The notes: a model not told the origin generated them from the sequence alone. A stretch of DNA of 32,000 nt from an uncultured Chloroflexia bacterium (GCA_963704755.1 OY969938.1:3900001-3932000); one strand, 5' to 3'. Shown: positions 1 through 8,508, counted from the first letter of the stretch. A program made the numbers and translations.

Positions 1-208
1 AGATCGGGATGGATAGCGGTACGTATACGATCATGAAGGTCATCGCCAGCAGGCCAATCTGCAGATCGCTGACGCCGTAATAGCTGGCGGCCAGCCCGCT
101 GATCGGCGCGTAGCAGATCCATAGGACCTGGATGGTCAGGTTGATGAACATGAAAACTGCCAGAATTACCCAGCGATATGGATAAACTTGATAAGTGCGT
201 TCGGCCAT
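1..208 (-). CDS. MFS-type transporter, N-terminal 69 codons only (gene runs off the left edge)
   Basis: ATG at 208..206 on the minus strand with AAGGAG 8 nt upstream. Translation MAERTYQVYPYRWVILAVFMFINLTIQVLWICYAPISGLAASYYGVSDLQIGLLAMTFMIVYVPLSIPI gives two hydrophobic helices typical of an MFS N-terminus. Not in the supplied ORF track. Confidence 0.55.
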   Translation of the reverse strand, partial: MAERTYQVYPYRWVILAVFMFINLTIQVLWICYAPISGLAASYYGVSDLQIGLLAMTFMIVYVPLSIPI

Positions 209-302
209 GAAACGGTCTCCTTTTCCTGTATTAAACCCTGGGAAAGCTAAAAAGTTGTCGCAATTATAGCTGGAAAAGACCTGTTTGCCCTCTTTTCGTG
301 GT

Positions 303-355
303 TTTTACGAGGGAGTTTTTATAGGGCGAAGCCCTATAAAAACTCCCTCGTAAAA
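303..355. repeat. Perfect palindrome A: 25-bp arms, GAA loop, centre GGGCGAAGCCC
   Basis: TTTTACGAGGGAGTTTTTATAGGGC GAA GCCCTATAAAAACTCCCTCGTAAAA, read directly. Same centre as the palindromes at 4551-4607 and 18807-18861. Confidence 0.9.
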
Positions 356-359
356 CTGC

Positions 360-388
360 TTGACTCTGGCCGCCAGGCGATGTATCAT
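360..388 (+). promoter_or_regulatory. Sigma-70-type promoter of xylR-xylA-xylB
   Basis: TTGACT (360-365), 17-nt spacer, TATCAT (383-388), about 48 nt upstream of the xylR ATG. Confidence 0.55.
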
Positions 389-395
389 GAATTTA

Positions 396-412
396 TTAGT
401 TAATATAACTAA
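396..412 (+). promoter_or_regulatory. Candidate XylR/ROK operator (perfect palindrome TTAGTTA-ATA-TAACTAA)
   Basis: 17-bp perfect inverted repeat immediately downstream of the -10 box, overlapping the predicted transcription start. It resembles the A/T-rich xyl operators with TTAGTT/AACTAA half-sites of Gram-positive XylR. Confidence 0.5.
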
Positions 413-435
413 CTAAATCCCGGACTAGCTATCTC

Positions 436-1665
436 ATGAACAGTCTTCGAAACGCAGTCGATCATACACGCATGCGGGAGATGAACCTGGTGCTTCTGCT
501 GGGCTGTTTGCGCGACCATCCCTCGCTCTCGCGGGCCGGGCTGGCCGAAATGACCGGCTTGACCAAGCCGACCGTCTCCAGCCTGGTCAAGGAATTGATC
601 GAACAGGGCTTTGTACGCGAGGTTGGGCTAGAATCGGGACCGGTAGGGCGGCCGTCGATTTCGCTGGAGCTGGATCCGCAGGCCGGCTACATCCTGGGAG
701 CGGAAATTGGGGTGGACTTTATTTCCGTGATCCTGACCAATTTCTCCGCCGATATCCTCTGGCACAGGCGAGAAGCCACCGATCCGGCGGCAAGTCAGGA
801 AGCCGTTCTGACCCAGGCCGGTAAACTCATTTTGACCGGGGCGGAACAGGCGCCGGCCGGCAGCCGCATCCTGGGGCTGGGCCTGGGTGTGCCGGGCCTG
901 GTCGATGAGGAAAAAGGTGACCTGCTTTTTGCCCCTAACCTGGGCTGGCGCGACCTGCCTTTGCGCAGCCTGCTCGAGGCCCGTTTTCCCTTCCCGGTGG
1001 TTGTGGACAACGAAGCCAATCTGGCGGCCCTGGGAGAGAGTATTTTCGGCGCGGCCCGGTTGGCAAGCTATGTTTTGTTCGTCTCGGCCGGGGTGGGCCT
1101 GGGCGGTGGGGTAGTTCTGGATGGGCAGGTGTTAAAGGGCGCCAACGGCTTCAGCGGTGAGTTTGGCCACATGACCATCGACCCGCAGGGGCTGCGCTGT
1201 AACTGTGGTAACACCGGCTGCTGGGAGACGCTGGTCAGCCAGTGGGCAGTTTTCCGGCGGATCGAGCAGGCAATCGCGGCCGGGGAACCTTCCTCATTGA
1301 GCGGCCTGTCCGCGGCCGGGCCGGAGCGTCTCACGGTCGAACGGGTGATCGAGGCGGCCCATACCGGCGATGCGGTGGTGTTGCACGCGCTGGAGGAGAC
1401 CGGGCGCTACCTGGGCATCGGCCTGGCCAATCTGATCAATGCGTTCAACCCCGAAATGGTTGTGTTTGGCGGCGCTTTGAGTGCTGCATACGATACCCTG
1501 CTGCCTTCCATCCGCAGGGAGATCGAAGCCCGGGCCTTGCACTGGTCGGCCCGCGGCGTGAACGTCGTGTCGGCCCGCTACGGCAAAGATGCCTGTCCGG
1601 TGGGCGGCGTGGCCAGTGTTTATCAGCGTATTTTGTCCAATCCGGTACTTAAATCCAAACCCTGA
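436..1665 (+). CDS. xylR: ROK-family transcriptional repressor (XylR-like): N-terminal winged HTH plus ROK sugar-kinase-like domain
   Basis: 409 aa. wHTH segment LSRAGLAEMTGLTKPTVSSLVKELIEQGFV, ROK glycine-rich motifs (GLGLGVPG, DNEANLAALGE) and zinc motif CNCGNTGCWE. Lies directly upstream of xylA-xylB. Confidence 0.85.
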   Translation: MNSLRNAVDHTRMREMNLVLLLGCLRDHPSLSRAGLAEMTGLTKPTVSSLVKELIEQGFVREVGLESGPVGRPSISLELDPQAGYILGAEIGVDFISVILTNFSADILWHRREATDPAASQEAVLTQAGKLILTGAEQAPAGSRILGLGLGVPGLVDEEKGDLLFAPNLGWRDLPLRSLLEARFPFPVVVDNEANLAALGESIFGAARLASYVLFVSAGVGLGGGVVLDGQVLKGANGFSGEFGHMTIDPQGLRCNCGNTGCWETLVSQWAVFRRIEQAIAAGEPSSLSGLSAAGPERLTVERVIEAAHTGDAVVLHALEETGRYLGIGLANLINAFNPEMVVFGGALSAAYDTLLPSIRREIEARALHWSARGVNVVSARYGKDACPVGGVASVYQRILSNPVLKSKP

Positions 1666-1725
1666 GATCGACCTGAACCAGGGCAGGGAAATTCAAGATT
1701 TTCAGCCAGAATCAGGAGAATAAAA

Positions 1726-2892
1726 ATGGACCCGTATCAACCCAAACCCGAGCATAAATTCACTTTCGGTTTATGGACGATTGGCAACACTGGCCGCGAT
1801 CCATTCGGCGACCCGGTACGTGAACAGCTCAGCCCGGCCGAAATTGTCCATATCGCCGCCGATGCCGGGGCGTATGGAGTCAATTTCCACGACAATGACC
1901 TGGTACCGATCGATGCCAGTCCCTCGGAAAAGGCCCAAATTGTCAAAGAGTTCAAGCAAGCCCTGGCGGATACCGGCCTGGTAGTGCCGATGGCCACCAC
2001 CAACCTGTTCGGCAACCCGGTTTTCAAGGAAGGCGCTTTTACCTCCAACGATCCCAAGGTCCGCGCTTATGCCTTGCAGAAAACCATGCGGGCTATCGAC
2101 CTGGGGGTGGAGTTAGGTGCCAAAATCTACGTATTTTGGGGCGGGCGGGAAGGCGTAGAGACCGACGCAGCCAAGAGCCCACTGGTCGCCAGCCAGCGTT
2201 TCCGCGATGCGCTCAATTTCTTGTGCGATTACGCCACCTCCCAATCCTATGACCTCAATTTTGCCCTGGAAGCCAAGCCCAACGAGCCGCGTGGTGACCT
2301 GTACCTGCCCACTGTCGGAGCCATGTTGGGTTTTATCGCAACCCTGGATCATCCCGAGATGGTGGGGGTCAACCCGGAGGTGGCGCACGAGCATATGGCC
2401 GGCTTGAACTTTACCCATGCGGTGGCCCAGGCCTGGGACGCCGGCAAGCTCTTCCACATCGATCTGAACGACCAGGCCTTCGGGCGCTACGACCAGGATT
2501 ACCGCTTCGGCATGGTCAATCTCAAGTCGGCGTTCTTCCTGGTCAAGTTCCTCGAGGACGTGGGCTATCCCGGCAGCCGCCATTTCGATGCACACGCTTT
2601 CCGGACTGAAGACGTGGCAGGTGTCAAGGACTTTGCCGTGGGTTGTATGCGCACCTATCTGATCCTCAAAGAAAAGGCTGCCCGCTTCAACCAGGATAGC
2701 GAAATCCAGGCTTTGCTGGCAGAGATCAATGCCGATGACGGCAGCCTGTCTGAGCTGACCGGCAAATTTACCCCGGCTAAAGCGGATGCCCTTAAAGCGG
2801 TGACCTTTGACCGGCCGGCGCTGGCGCGGCGCGGCTGGAAATATGAGCGCCTGGACCAGCTCACCGTTGAATTGTTGTTAGGGGTACGCTAG
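1726..2892 (+). CDS. xylA: Xylose isomerase, class I (short, about 388 aa type)
   Basis: 388 aa. N-terminus [11 protein letters not shown] and motifs [25 protein letters not shown] are characteristic of actinobacterial/Thermus-type XylA. AGGAG RBS upstream. Confidence 0.95.
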   Translation: MDPYQPKPEHKFTFGLWTIGNTGRDPFGDPVREQLSPAEIVHIAADAGAYGVNFHDNDLVPIDASPSEKAQIVKEFKQALADTGLVVPMATTNLFGNPVFKEGAFTSNDPKVRAYALQKTMRAIDLGVELGAKIYVFWGGREGVETDAAKSPLVASQRFRDALNFLCDYATSQSYDLNFALEAKPNEPRGDLYLPTVGAMLGFIATLDHPEMVGVNPEVAHEHMAGLNFTHAVAQAWDAGKLFHIDLNDQAFGRYDQDYRFGMVNLKSAFFLVKFLEDVGYPGSRHFDAHAFRTEDVAGVKDFAVGCMRTYLILKEKAARFNQDSEIQALLAEINADDGSLSELTGKFTPAKADALKAVTFDRPALARRGWKYERLDQLTVELLLGVR

Positions 2893-2920
2893 TTTTTTGC
2901 CATTCAGAAAGAGGTTTGCC

Positions 2921-4453
2921 ATGGCCTGTGTATTGGGACTCGACGTTGGCACCAGCGGCACCAAAGCCGTCGTGGTGGATGAAAAAGGCAAGGTATTGTC
3001 TTCGGCAATGGCTGAGTACCCGCTTTCCAGCCCGCACCCGTTGTGGAGCGAGCAGGACCCGGCGGATTGGTGGCGCGGCTCCCAGGCGGCCATCCGCCAG
3101 GCGGTGGCGGATGCAAAAGTAGCACCCGATGAAATCATTGGCATCGGCCTGACCGGACAGATGCACGGTTCGGTTTTCCTGGACAAACAGGATGCGGTCA
3201 TCCGCCCGGCGTTATTGTGGAACGACCAGCGCACGGCCGATGAATGCGCCGAGATCACCCGACGGGTAGGGGCGGAGCGGCTGATCGAGCTGGCCGGCAA
3301 CCCGGCCCTGACCGGCTTTCAAAGCTCCAAGATCCTGTGGCTGCGGAATCACGAGCCCAAGAATTTTGAACGGGTTGCCCGGGTATTGCTGCCCAAGGAT
3401 TACGTACGCCTGTGCCTGACCGGTGAAAGCGCCACGGATGCATCCGATGCCGCCGGCACGCTGCTGCTCGACCTTAAAACCCGCGATTGGAGCAGTGAGA
3501 TCCTCGAGAAGCTCGACCTCCCCCTGGCCTGGCTGCCCAGGGTGTACGAAGGCCCCGAAATCACCGGCGCATTGATGCCGGCGGTGGCCGAGGCCCTGGG
3601 GCTGCCGGCCGGCATCCCCGTGATCGCCGGTGGCGGGGATAACGCCGCCGCGGCAGTGGGCACCGGCATCGTCCGGGGAGGTATCGTCAGCAGCAGTATC
3701 GGTACCAGCGGGGTGGTCTTTGCGCATAGTGAGGCGCCGGTGTTCGACCCGCAGGGCCGGCTGCACACTTTTTGCCATGCCGTACCCGGCAAGTATCATC
3801 TGATGGCGGTGACCCTTTCGGCCGGCGGCTCTTTCCGCTGGCTGCGCGATACCCTGCGCGAAGCGATGCAGACCTTCGGCCGCAGCAGTACCCTCGAGCT
3901 GGATTACGACCAATTGACGAATGCAGCCGCCGACGTGCCGCCCGGCGCGGAAGGGCTGGTTTTTCTGCCTTACCTGACGGGCGAGCGCACGCCGCACCTG
4001 GATCCGCTGGCCCGCGGTGCTTTTGTAGGCCTGACGGTGCGCCACACGGCCGCTCACCTGGTACGGGCAGTGATGGAAGGCGTGACTTTTTCGATGCGAG
4101 ATGGCCTGGACATTATGCGTGGGTTGGGATTGTCGATCGAGCAGGTGCGCGCGACCGGCGGCGGAGCGCGCAGTGCCCTATGGCAGCAAATGCAGGCCGA
4201 TATCTACGGCAGTGAGGTGGTTACCCTGGCGGCCGAGGAAGGCCCGGCCTATGGGGCGGCTCTGCTGGCTGGTGTGGGCAGCGGCATATTTGCCGGTGTG
4301 GAAGCAGCCGCCCGGCAGTGCGTTTCGATCAAGACTTCCGCCCAGCCAGACCCGTCCTACCAGGAAAAATACCAGCGTGTATACGAGGTCTACCGAGGGT
4401 TATATGCCAGCCTGAAGGAGCAAATGCACGCGCTCAGCCAACTGGATGGATAA
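2921..4453 (+). CDS. xylB: Xylulokinase (FGGY family)
   Basis: N-terminus MACVLGLDVGTSGTKAVVVD, then SEQDPADWW and GGGDNAAAAVG. Follows xylA. I prefer ATG 2921 (GAAAGAGG 6 nt upstream) over the track's TTG at 2897. Confidence 0.9.
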   Translation: MACVLGLDVGTSGTKAVVVDEKGKVLSSAMAEYPLSSPHPLWSEQDPADWWRGSQAAIRQAVADAKVAPDEIIGIGLTGQMHGSVFLDKQDAVIRPALLWNDQRTADECAEITRRVGAERLIELAGNPALTGFQSSKILWLRNHEPKNFERVARVLLPKDYVRLCLTGESATDASDAAGTLLLDLKTRDWSSEILEKLDLPLAWLPRVYEGPEITGALMPAVAEALGLPAGIPVIAGGGDNAAAAVGTGIVRGGIVSSSIGTSGVVFAHSEAPVFDPQGRLHTFCHAVPGKYHLMAVTLSAGGSFRWLRDTLREAMQTFGRSSTLELDYDQLTNAAADVPPGAEGLVFLPYLTGERTPHLDPLARGAFVGLTVRHTAAHLVRAVMEGVTFSMRDGLDIMRGLGLSIEQVRATGGGARSALWQQMQADIYGSEVVTLAAEEGPAYGAALLAGVGSGIFAGVEAAARQCVSIKTSAQPDPSYQEKYQRVYEVYRGLYASLKEQMHALSQLDG

Positions 4454-4456
4454 AGA

Positions 4457-4517
4457 GCCCTCTCCCTCATCCCCCGGCCCCTTCCCCCAGAACAAGTTCA
4501 GGGGAAGGGGAGAAGAA
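4457..4517 (-). repeat. Hairpin-plus-G-rich-tail element (family H), inverted copy
   Basis: Minus-strand reading is TTCTTCTCCCCTTCCCC-loop-GGGGAAGGGG-CCGGGGGATGAGGGAGAGGGC. Stem 4478-4487 / 4501-4510. Same layout as 31251-31295 and 31430-31474. Starts 4 nt after the xylB stop. Confidence 0.75.
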
Positions 4518-4524
4518 TAATCGT

Positions 4525-4548
4525 AACAGCTCAGGCCCATGTTAAAAA
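4525..4548 (-). repeat. GCCTGAGC-box (family L), copy L4
   Basis: Minus-strand reading TTTTTAACATGGGCCTGAGCTGTT matches 21842-21865 (TTTTTAACAGGAGCCTGAGCAGTT) at 21/24 positions. Both follow a hairpin. Confidence 0.7.
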
Positions 4549-4550
4549 GG

Positions 4551-4607
4551 GCTCGAAATTGAGGTATTCGCGGGGGCGAAGCCCCCGCGAATACCTCAAT
4601 TTCGAGC
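4551..4607. terminator. Perfect palindrome B (27-bp arms, GAA loop), probable bidirectional terminator between convergent xylB and the VanZ-like gene
   Basis: GCTCGAAATTGAGGTATTCGCGGGGGC GAA GCCCCCGCGAATACCTCAATTTCGAGC, flanked by AAAAAGG on the left and TTATTTCCTTTT on the right. Confidence 0.7.
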
Positions 4608-4637
4608 TTATTTCCTTTTATCTGTGTCTATCCGGGC

Positions 4638-5054
4638 CTACCTGTGGTTAATTCTTCCCCAGCGGGCGGCGCTAAAGGCCAGCAGTCCCAGCGAAGCGCC
4701 GCAGGCGTCCACGGCCAGGTCGTAGCTGATGCCGGCAGGCGAGAAGGGATCGGTGGTCACGGCTTGAAACCCCTCCTGGACCAGCGCGACTGCCAGGCAG
4801 ATGCCCAGGATGCCGGCCAGCGGCAGGGATTTACCCGGCCGGTGTAAAATCCAGGCCGCAAGGCAGGCCAGGACGGCATAGAGCAGGCTATGCATCAATA
4901 CATGCATCCAGGCCGGTTGAAAGAAAGCATTGAACCAGGCCCCAAAGGCCTGGTTCTTCGTTCCCAGCCAGGCCATCGGGAAAATGATCCCGACAGCCCA
5001 AACCAGTAAGAGCAGATATTTCTTGAAGGATCCGTTTTTTAGTTTCTTGTCCAA
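4638..5054 (-). CDS. Small integral membrane protein, VanZ-like (tentative)
   Basis: 138 aa, about 4 hydrophobic helices. E..FQ ... D...D.CG..LG pattern is reminiscent of VanZ-family proteins. TTG start with Lys-rich N-terminus. Last gene of the natA-like operon. Confidence 0.5.
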   Translation of the reverse strand: MDKKLKNGSFKKYLLLLVWAVGIIFPMAWLGTKNQAFGAWFNAFFQPAWMHVLMHSLLYAVLACLAAWILHRPGKSLPLAGILGICLAVALVQEGFQAVTTDPFSPAGISYDLAVDACGASLGLLAFSAARWGRINHR

Positions 5055-5076
5055 ATTAGTTTAACCATCCGCGGGG

Positions 5077-6309
5077 TTAGCCCAGCCTGCCGGCCAGGGC
5101 CTGCACGAATATCTTCAGGTTGAACGGCCTGCCGGAAAGCAGCGTCTGGGCGCGGAACATACCCGCCACAGCACGAATGATCAGCACGGCGGTGATCGCT
5201 TGCAGGACCGCAGACAGCAAAGGCTGCCAGAAGGGGATGGTGGCCGCAGAAAGACGGGTCATCATGGCGACCGGAGCGGTCAGCGGAAACAAGCTCAATA
5301 CAATCGAGATGGCCGAGTTGGGGCTGTCGATCAGGGCAGAGATGAACATCAACGGAATGACCATGGGAATGACCACGATCATGGTCGCCTGCGATGATTC
5401 GCGCAGGTTCGGCACCAGGGCGCCCACACCGGCCAGCAGGCCGGCGAACATGGCGTACCCCAACAGGAAGAACACCACACCCCAGGCCAGGATGGAGATG
5501 GGCAGTTGGAACTCCGGCGGCAGCGAGAATGTCTGGCCGCTCAAGCGCAGCATAATCAACCCAATGCCGGACCAGACCACGGTTTGAAGCAGTCCGCAGG
5601 TGCCCAGGGCCAGGATTTTACCGGTCATCAACTGTAGGGGGCGCACCGAGGTCAGCAAGACTTCCATGACCCGGTTCTGTTTCTCATTCGAGATGTTGCT
5701 CAACATCATGCTGGATGAGCCCAGGATAAGGATGTAAAAGAGAAATGTGACGATATACGGCAGGAAAAAGGTAAAAGCACTCGCAGGGTTACGCGAATTA
5801 TCCGGGTTCAATACATCTACATTCAGGTTGAAGATGTGGTTGAGCCGGTCCTGCAAGGCGGGATCGCCGGCCAGCAAGTTGGTCTGTAGAATTGCGCGCA
5901 AATCGTTCGATTGAGGTATGCCCATGACGGGATTGTAATCGGTACGGAAGTATTCGACATCGCCGCTGGCCAGGTAATCGGCCGAGATGATGTAATAGCC
6001 ATTGATTTTGCCGCTTTGCACAAACTCCTGGGCGCTTTGCGCATCCGGGAAACGGACGAAAGATTTGGCATAATCGCCGGGAATGGTTTTAACGATGCCG
6101 CTCAAGTCAACCAATCCCTGGACCTCGACCTGGGGTGGGGGAGCGATGATGTCGGTTACAATCGAGGACTGGTTGCTGCCCTGCAAACGTCCGAAGATCC
6201 AGAAAATGAAAAACGAAATCAAAGGCAGCAGGATTAGCGTGAACTGAAACGAACGGCTGCGCAGCACCTTCAATAATTCGTAGCGGTAAATGATAAAAGA
6301 CTTGTTCAT
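5077..6309 (-). CDS. ABC-2 type transporter permease (NatB-like)
   Basis: 410 aa: N-terminal TM helix, large extracytoplasmic loop, then 5 C-terminal TM helices. Start ATG overlaps the upstream stop (ATGA). Paralogue of the upstream gene. Confidence 0.8.
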   Translation of the reverse strand: MNKSFIIYRYELLKVLRSRSFQFTLILLPLISFFIFWIFGRLQGSNQSSIVTDIIAPPPQVEVQGLVDLSGIVKTIPGDYAKSFVRFPDAQSAQEFVQSGKINGYYIISADYLASGDVEYFRTDYNPVMGIPQSNDLRAILQTNLLAGDPALQDRLNHIFNLNVDVLNPDNSRNPASAFTFFLPYIVTFLFYILILGSSSMMLSNISNEKQNRVMEVLLTSVRPLQLMTGKILALGTCGLLQTVVWSGIGLIMLRLSGQTFSLPPEFQLPISILAWGVVFFLLGYAMFAGLLAGVGALVPNLRESSQATMIVVIPMVIPLMFISALIDSPNSAISIVLSLFPLTAPVAMMTRLSAATIPFWQPLLSAVLQAITAVLIIRAVAGMFRAQTLLSGRPFNLKIFVQALAGRLG

Positions 6310-7530
6310 AGTTTATTCCCCGCAGGTTGGGGTGCCCGGCGGAACAGCTCTGCCAGGCGGATTTTCTTGCCGTAGCGCAGCAATCCCAGTTGGAAGGCCC
6401 GGCTGGCCAGCCAGATTGCTCCGGCGGCGCAGACCACCAGGATGGCCAGCGATGCCGCGATTTGCCAGGCCGGCACGCTGGTTAACGTCACCCGCATCGG
6501 CAGGGTCATAGGCGCAGTCAAAGGGAACAGGCTGAAACCGATTGCCAGGGGGCTGTTGGGGCTTTGAATAATCGCGGCGGTGAACCAGAGTGGCATGATA
6601 ACCGGGATGGTGAAGAGGCCGGCCACTTGCTGCGCTTCGCGGGCTTCAGTCGCCGTGGCGCCGATCATGGCCATCAGCGCGGCCAACATGACGAATGCGG
6701 GCAGGAAAGTGGCGAGCAGCAGCCACAAGAAAGCCGGATCGATGCCCGGGTTGGTAAAGCCGGGGATTACTTGCAATGCCACGATGATCCCGGCCACACC
6801 GGCCAGCACCCAGATCACGAGCTGGGTCAGGCCAACCGCCAGGTTGCCGATGATTTTACCGGCCATCAACTGGGTTGGCGAGACCGAAGTCAGCACGATC
6901 TCCATGGTGCGGTTCTCTTTTTCCTCAACCACGGCCTGCATCAAATAGCCGCCGGAAGTATTGATGGCGATGACGAAGAGGATACCGGCAAAAGTGGCCA
7001 CCAAGAACACGAACAGGTTGTTCGCATCCGCCGAGCTTTTCTGATCGCTGGCGTGGACGATCACGTTTGGCCCATCTACCAGACGCTCACGCAGGTTCTG
7101 CGGCTGGCCCGAAACCAGGTTCGAAAACAGGAAACTGTAGAAACCGCTGGTCACGTCCGAATCGAGCTGCTTTTCCGAGATCAGCCGGACGGATCCGGTC
7201 TGGGCATAATCCGGTTCGATTTGAAAATAGCCCTGGATGGTCCCTTTTTGCATGGCCTGTTCGGCCGACTGGATCGAGTTCGTACGGCTGGAAGCGCACA
7301 TCCGGGAACAGGCGGCTGCCCTTGTTGGGCAGCGGTTGGGCGTTGGCGAACTCGCCGGATTGGTCCACGTACCCGACCGGGCGAAAATCGCTGCCCAGGT
7401 AAGCCGAGAGAAAACCAATCGCCACGATGACCACAATAAAAATGGGCACAGACAGGATGGCGAAAATAAAGCGCTTGCGCAGCACATGGCGCAGGTACTC
7501 CCGCTTGAGAACCAACCACAGCTTGCTCAT
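6306..7530 (-). pseudogene. ABC-2 permease (NatB-like) with disrupted reading frame (+1 shift near 7278)
   Basis: The N-terminal 84 codons (MSKLWLVLKREYLRHVLRKRFIFAILSVPIFIVVIVAIGF...VRFQPYE, frame of 7530) continue colinearly with the paralogue only in the frame of ORF 6306..7487 (..SIQSAEQAMQKGTIQGYFQIEPDY..). Compare paralogue VRFPDAQSAQEFVQSGKINGYYII. Confidence 0.75.
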
Positions 7531-8432
7531 GCCCCGTTCCCTTCCTGGGTAACCACCTGAATGAAGATCTGGTCCAGGGTGGGCATTGCGATCTCGAACT
7601 TCTCCAGGGTTACGTTCTTTTCGACCAGGGATTTCAGCAGTTCTTGTGGAGATGCCGTTTCGCCCAGGTGGACCCTGAACCCGCCGTTCTGGTGCTCGAT
7701 TCTCTCGACACCCGGCAGGACGGACGGCAGTTCACCGACCGGCTGGATGAGAATATCCTGGCCGGAATACTGGCGGCGGATATCGTCGATTTTGCCGTAC
7801 AGCAAAACATGGCCCTGGTTGATCAGCACCAGCCGGTCGCACAATTCCTCCACCTGGTGCATCTGGTGGGTGCACATCACAATGGTCTTGCCTTTCTGGC
7901 GCTGGTCGCGCAGCAGGTCTTTAACCATCTGGGTGTTGACCGGGTCGAGTGCGGTAAAAGGCTCGTCGATGATGATCAGCTCAGGCTCGTGCACCAGGGC
8001 GGTGATCAACTGAGCTTTCTGCTGCATCCCTTTGGATAATTCTTTGATGTTCTTCTTACGGTGGTCGAACAAATCGAATTCTTTCATCAGGGCTTCCACC
8101 CGCGGGGTGGCCTGGTCTGGTTTCATCCCTTTTAAGGTAGCCAGGTAAGTCAGGCAGGTCTCCAATTGGACGTCCTGGTATAATCCGCGCTCTTCGGGCA
8201 GATAACCGACCTTGTTTTTCTTGGCTTCGGTCATTTTCCCGCCCAGGATGCTGACATCCCCCGAATCCGCTTTGAAAATGTCGAGGATGATCCGGATAGT
8301 GGTCGTTTTTCCGGCTCCGTTTGGCCCTAACAGGCCAAAGATTTCCCCGGGCTGCACGTCAAAGGAAACCTGATCCACGGCCAGTTGTTGGCCAAACTTC
8401 TTGCTGATATTTTTAACCTCAATGGTAGCCAT
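7527..8432 (-). CDS. ABC transporter ATP-binding protein (NatA-like, ABC-2 subfamily)
   Basis: 301 aa. Walker A GPNGAGKTT, signature LSKGMQQK, Walker B LIIIDEP. AAAGGA RBS. 4-nt overlap with the downstream permease. Confidence 0.9.
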   Translation of the reverse strand: MATIEVKNISKKFGQQLAVDQVSFDVQPGEIFGLLGPNGAGKTTTIRIILDIFKADSGDVSILGGKMTEAKKNKVGYLPEERGLYQDVQLETCLTYLATLKGMKPDQATPRVEALMKEFDLFDHRKKNIKELSKGMQQKAQLITALVHEPELIIIDEPFTALDPVNTQMVKDLLRDQRQKGKTIVMCTHQMHQVEELCDRLVLINQGHVLLYGKIDDIRRQYSGQDILIQPVGELPSVLPGVERIEHQNGGFRVHLGETASPQELLKSLVEKNVTLEKFEIAMPTLDQIFIQVVTQEGNGA

Positions 8433-8499
8433 TTGAATCCTTTCGTATAAGGCAACAAACCATTGTATTTACGTGAAATCGATGTTGCGGTTGCGTTTA

Positions 8500-8508
8500 A
8501 TTATAACA
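8500..8508 (-). promoter_or_regulatory. Extended -10 promoter element (TGTTATAAT) for the natA-like operon
   Basis: Reverse complement of 8500-8508 reads TGTTATAAT, about 68 nt upstream of the ATG at 8432. No good -35 hexamer. Confidence 0.4.

Noticed and set aside
3212-4057. 281-codon ORF antisense to xylB; similar long antisense or out-of-frame ORFs at 6564..7430, 13336..14163, 15949..16689, 27391..28141, 8759..9289, 9336..9971, 10820..11365
   Set aside because: All lie entirely within confidently assigned genes on the other strand or frame. Their products are low-complexity and Arg/Gly/Pro/His-rich, as expected for high-GC shadow frames.
4318-4545. 75-codon ORF extending from the xylB 3' end across the intergenic repeats
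   Set aside because: It is out of frame with xylB, and its C-terminal half is just a translation of the family-H repeat and the L-box.
7260-7300. Programmed +1 ribosomal frameshift in the NatB-like permease
   Set aside because: There is no slippery sequence, rare or stop codon context, or downstream structure of the kind seen in known +1 sites (for example prfB). An indel or sequencing error is the simpler explanation, so I report it as a frame disruption only.
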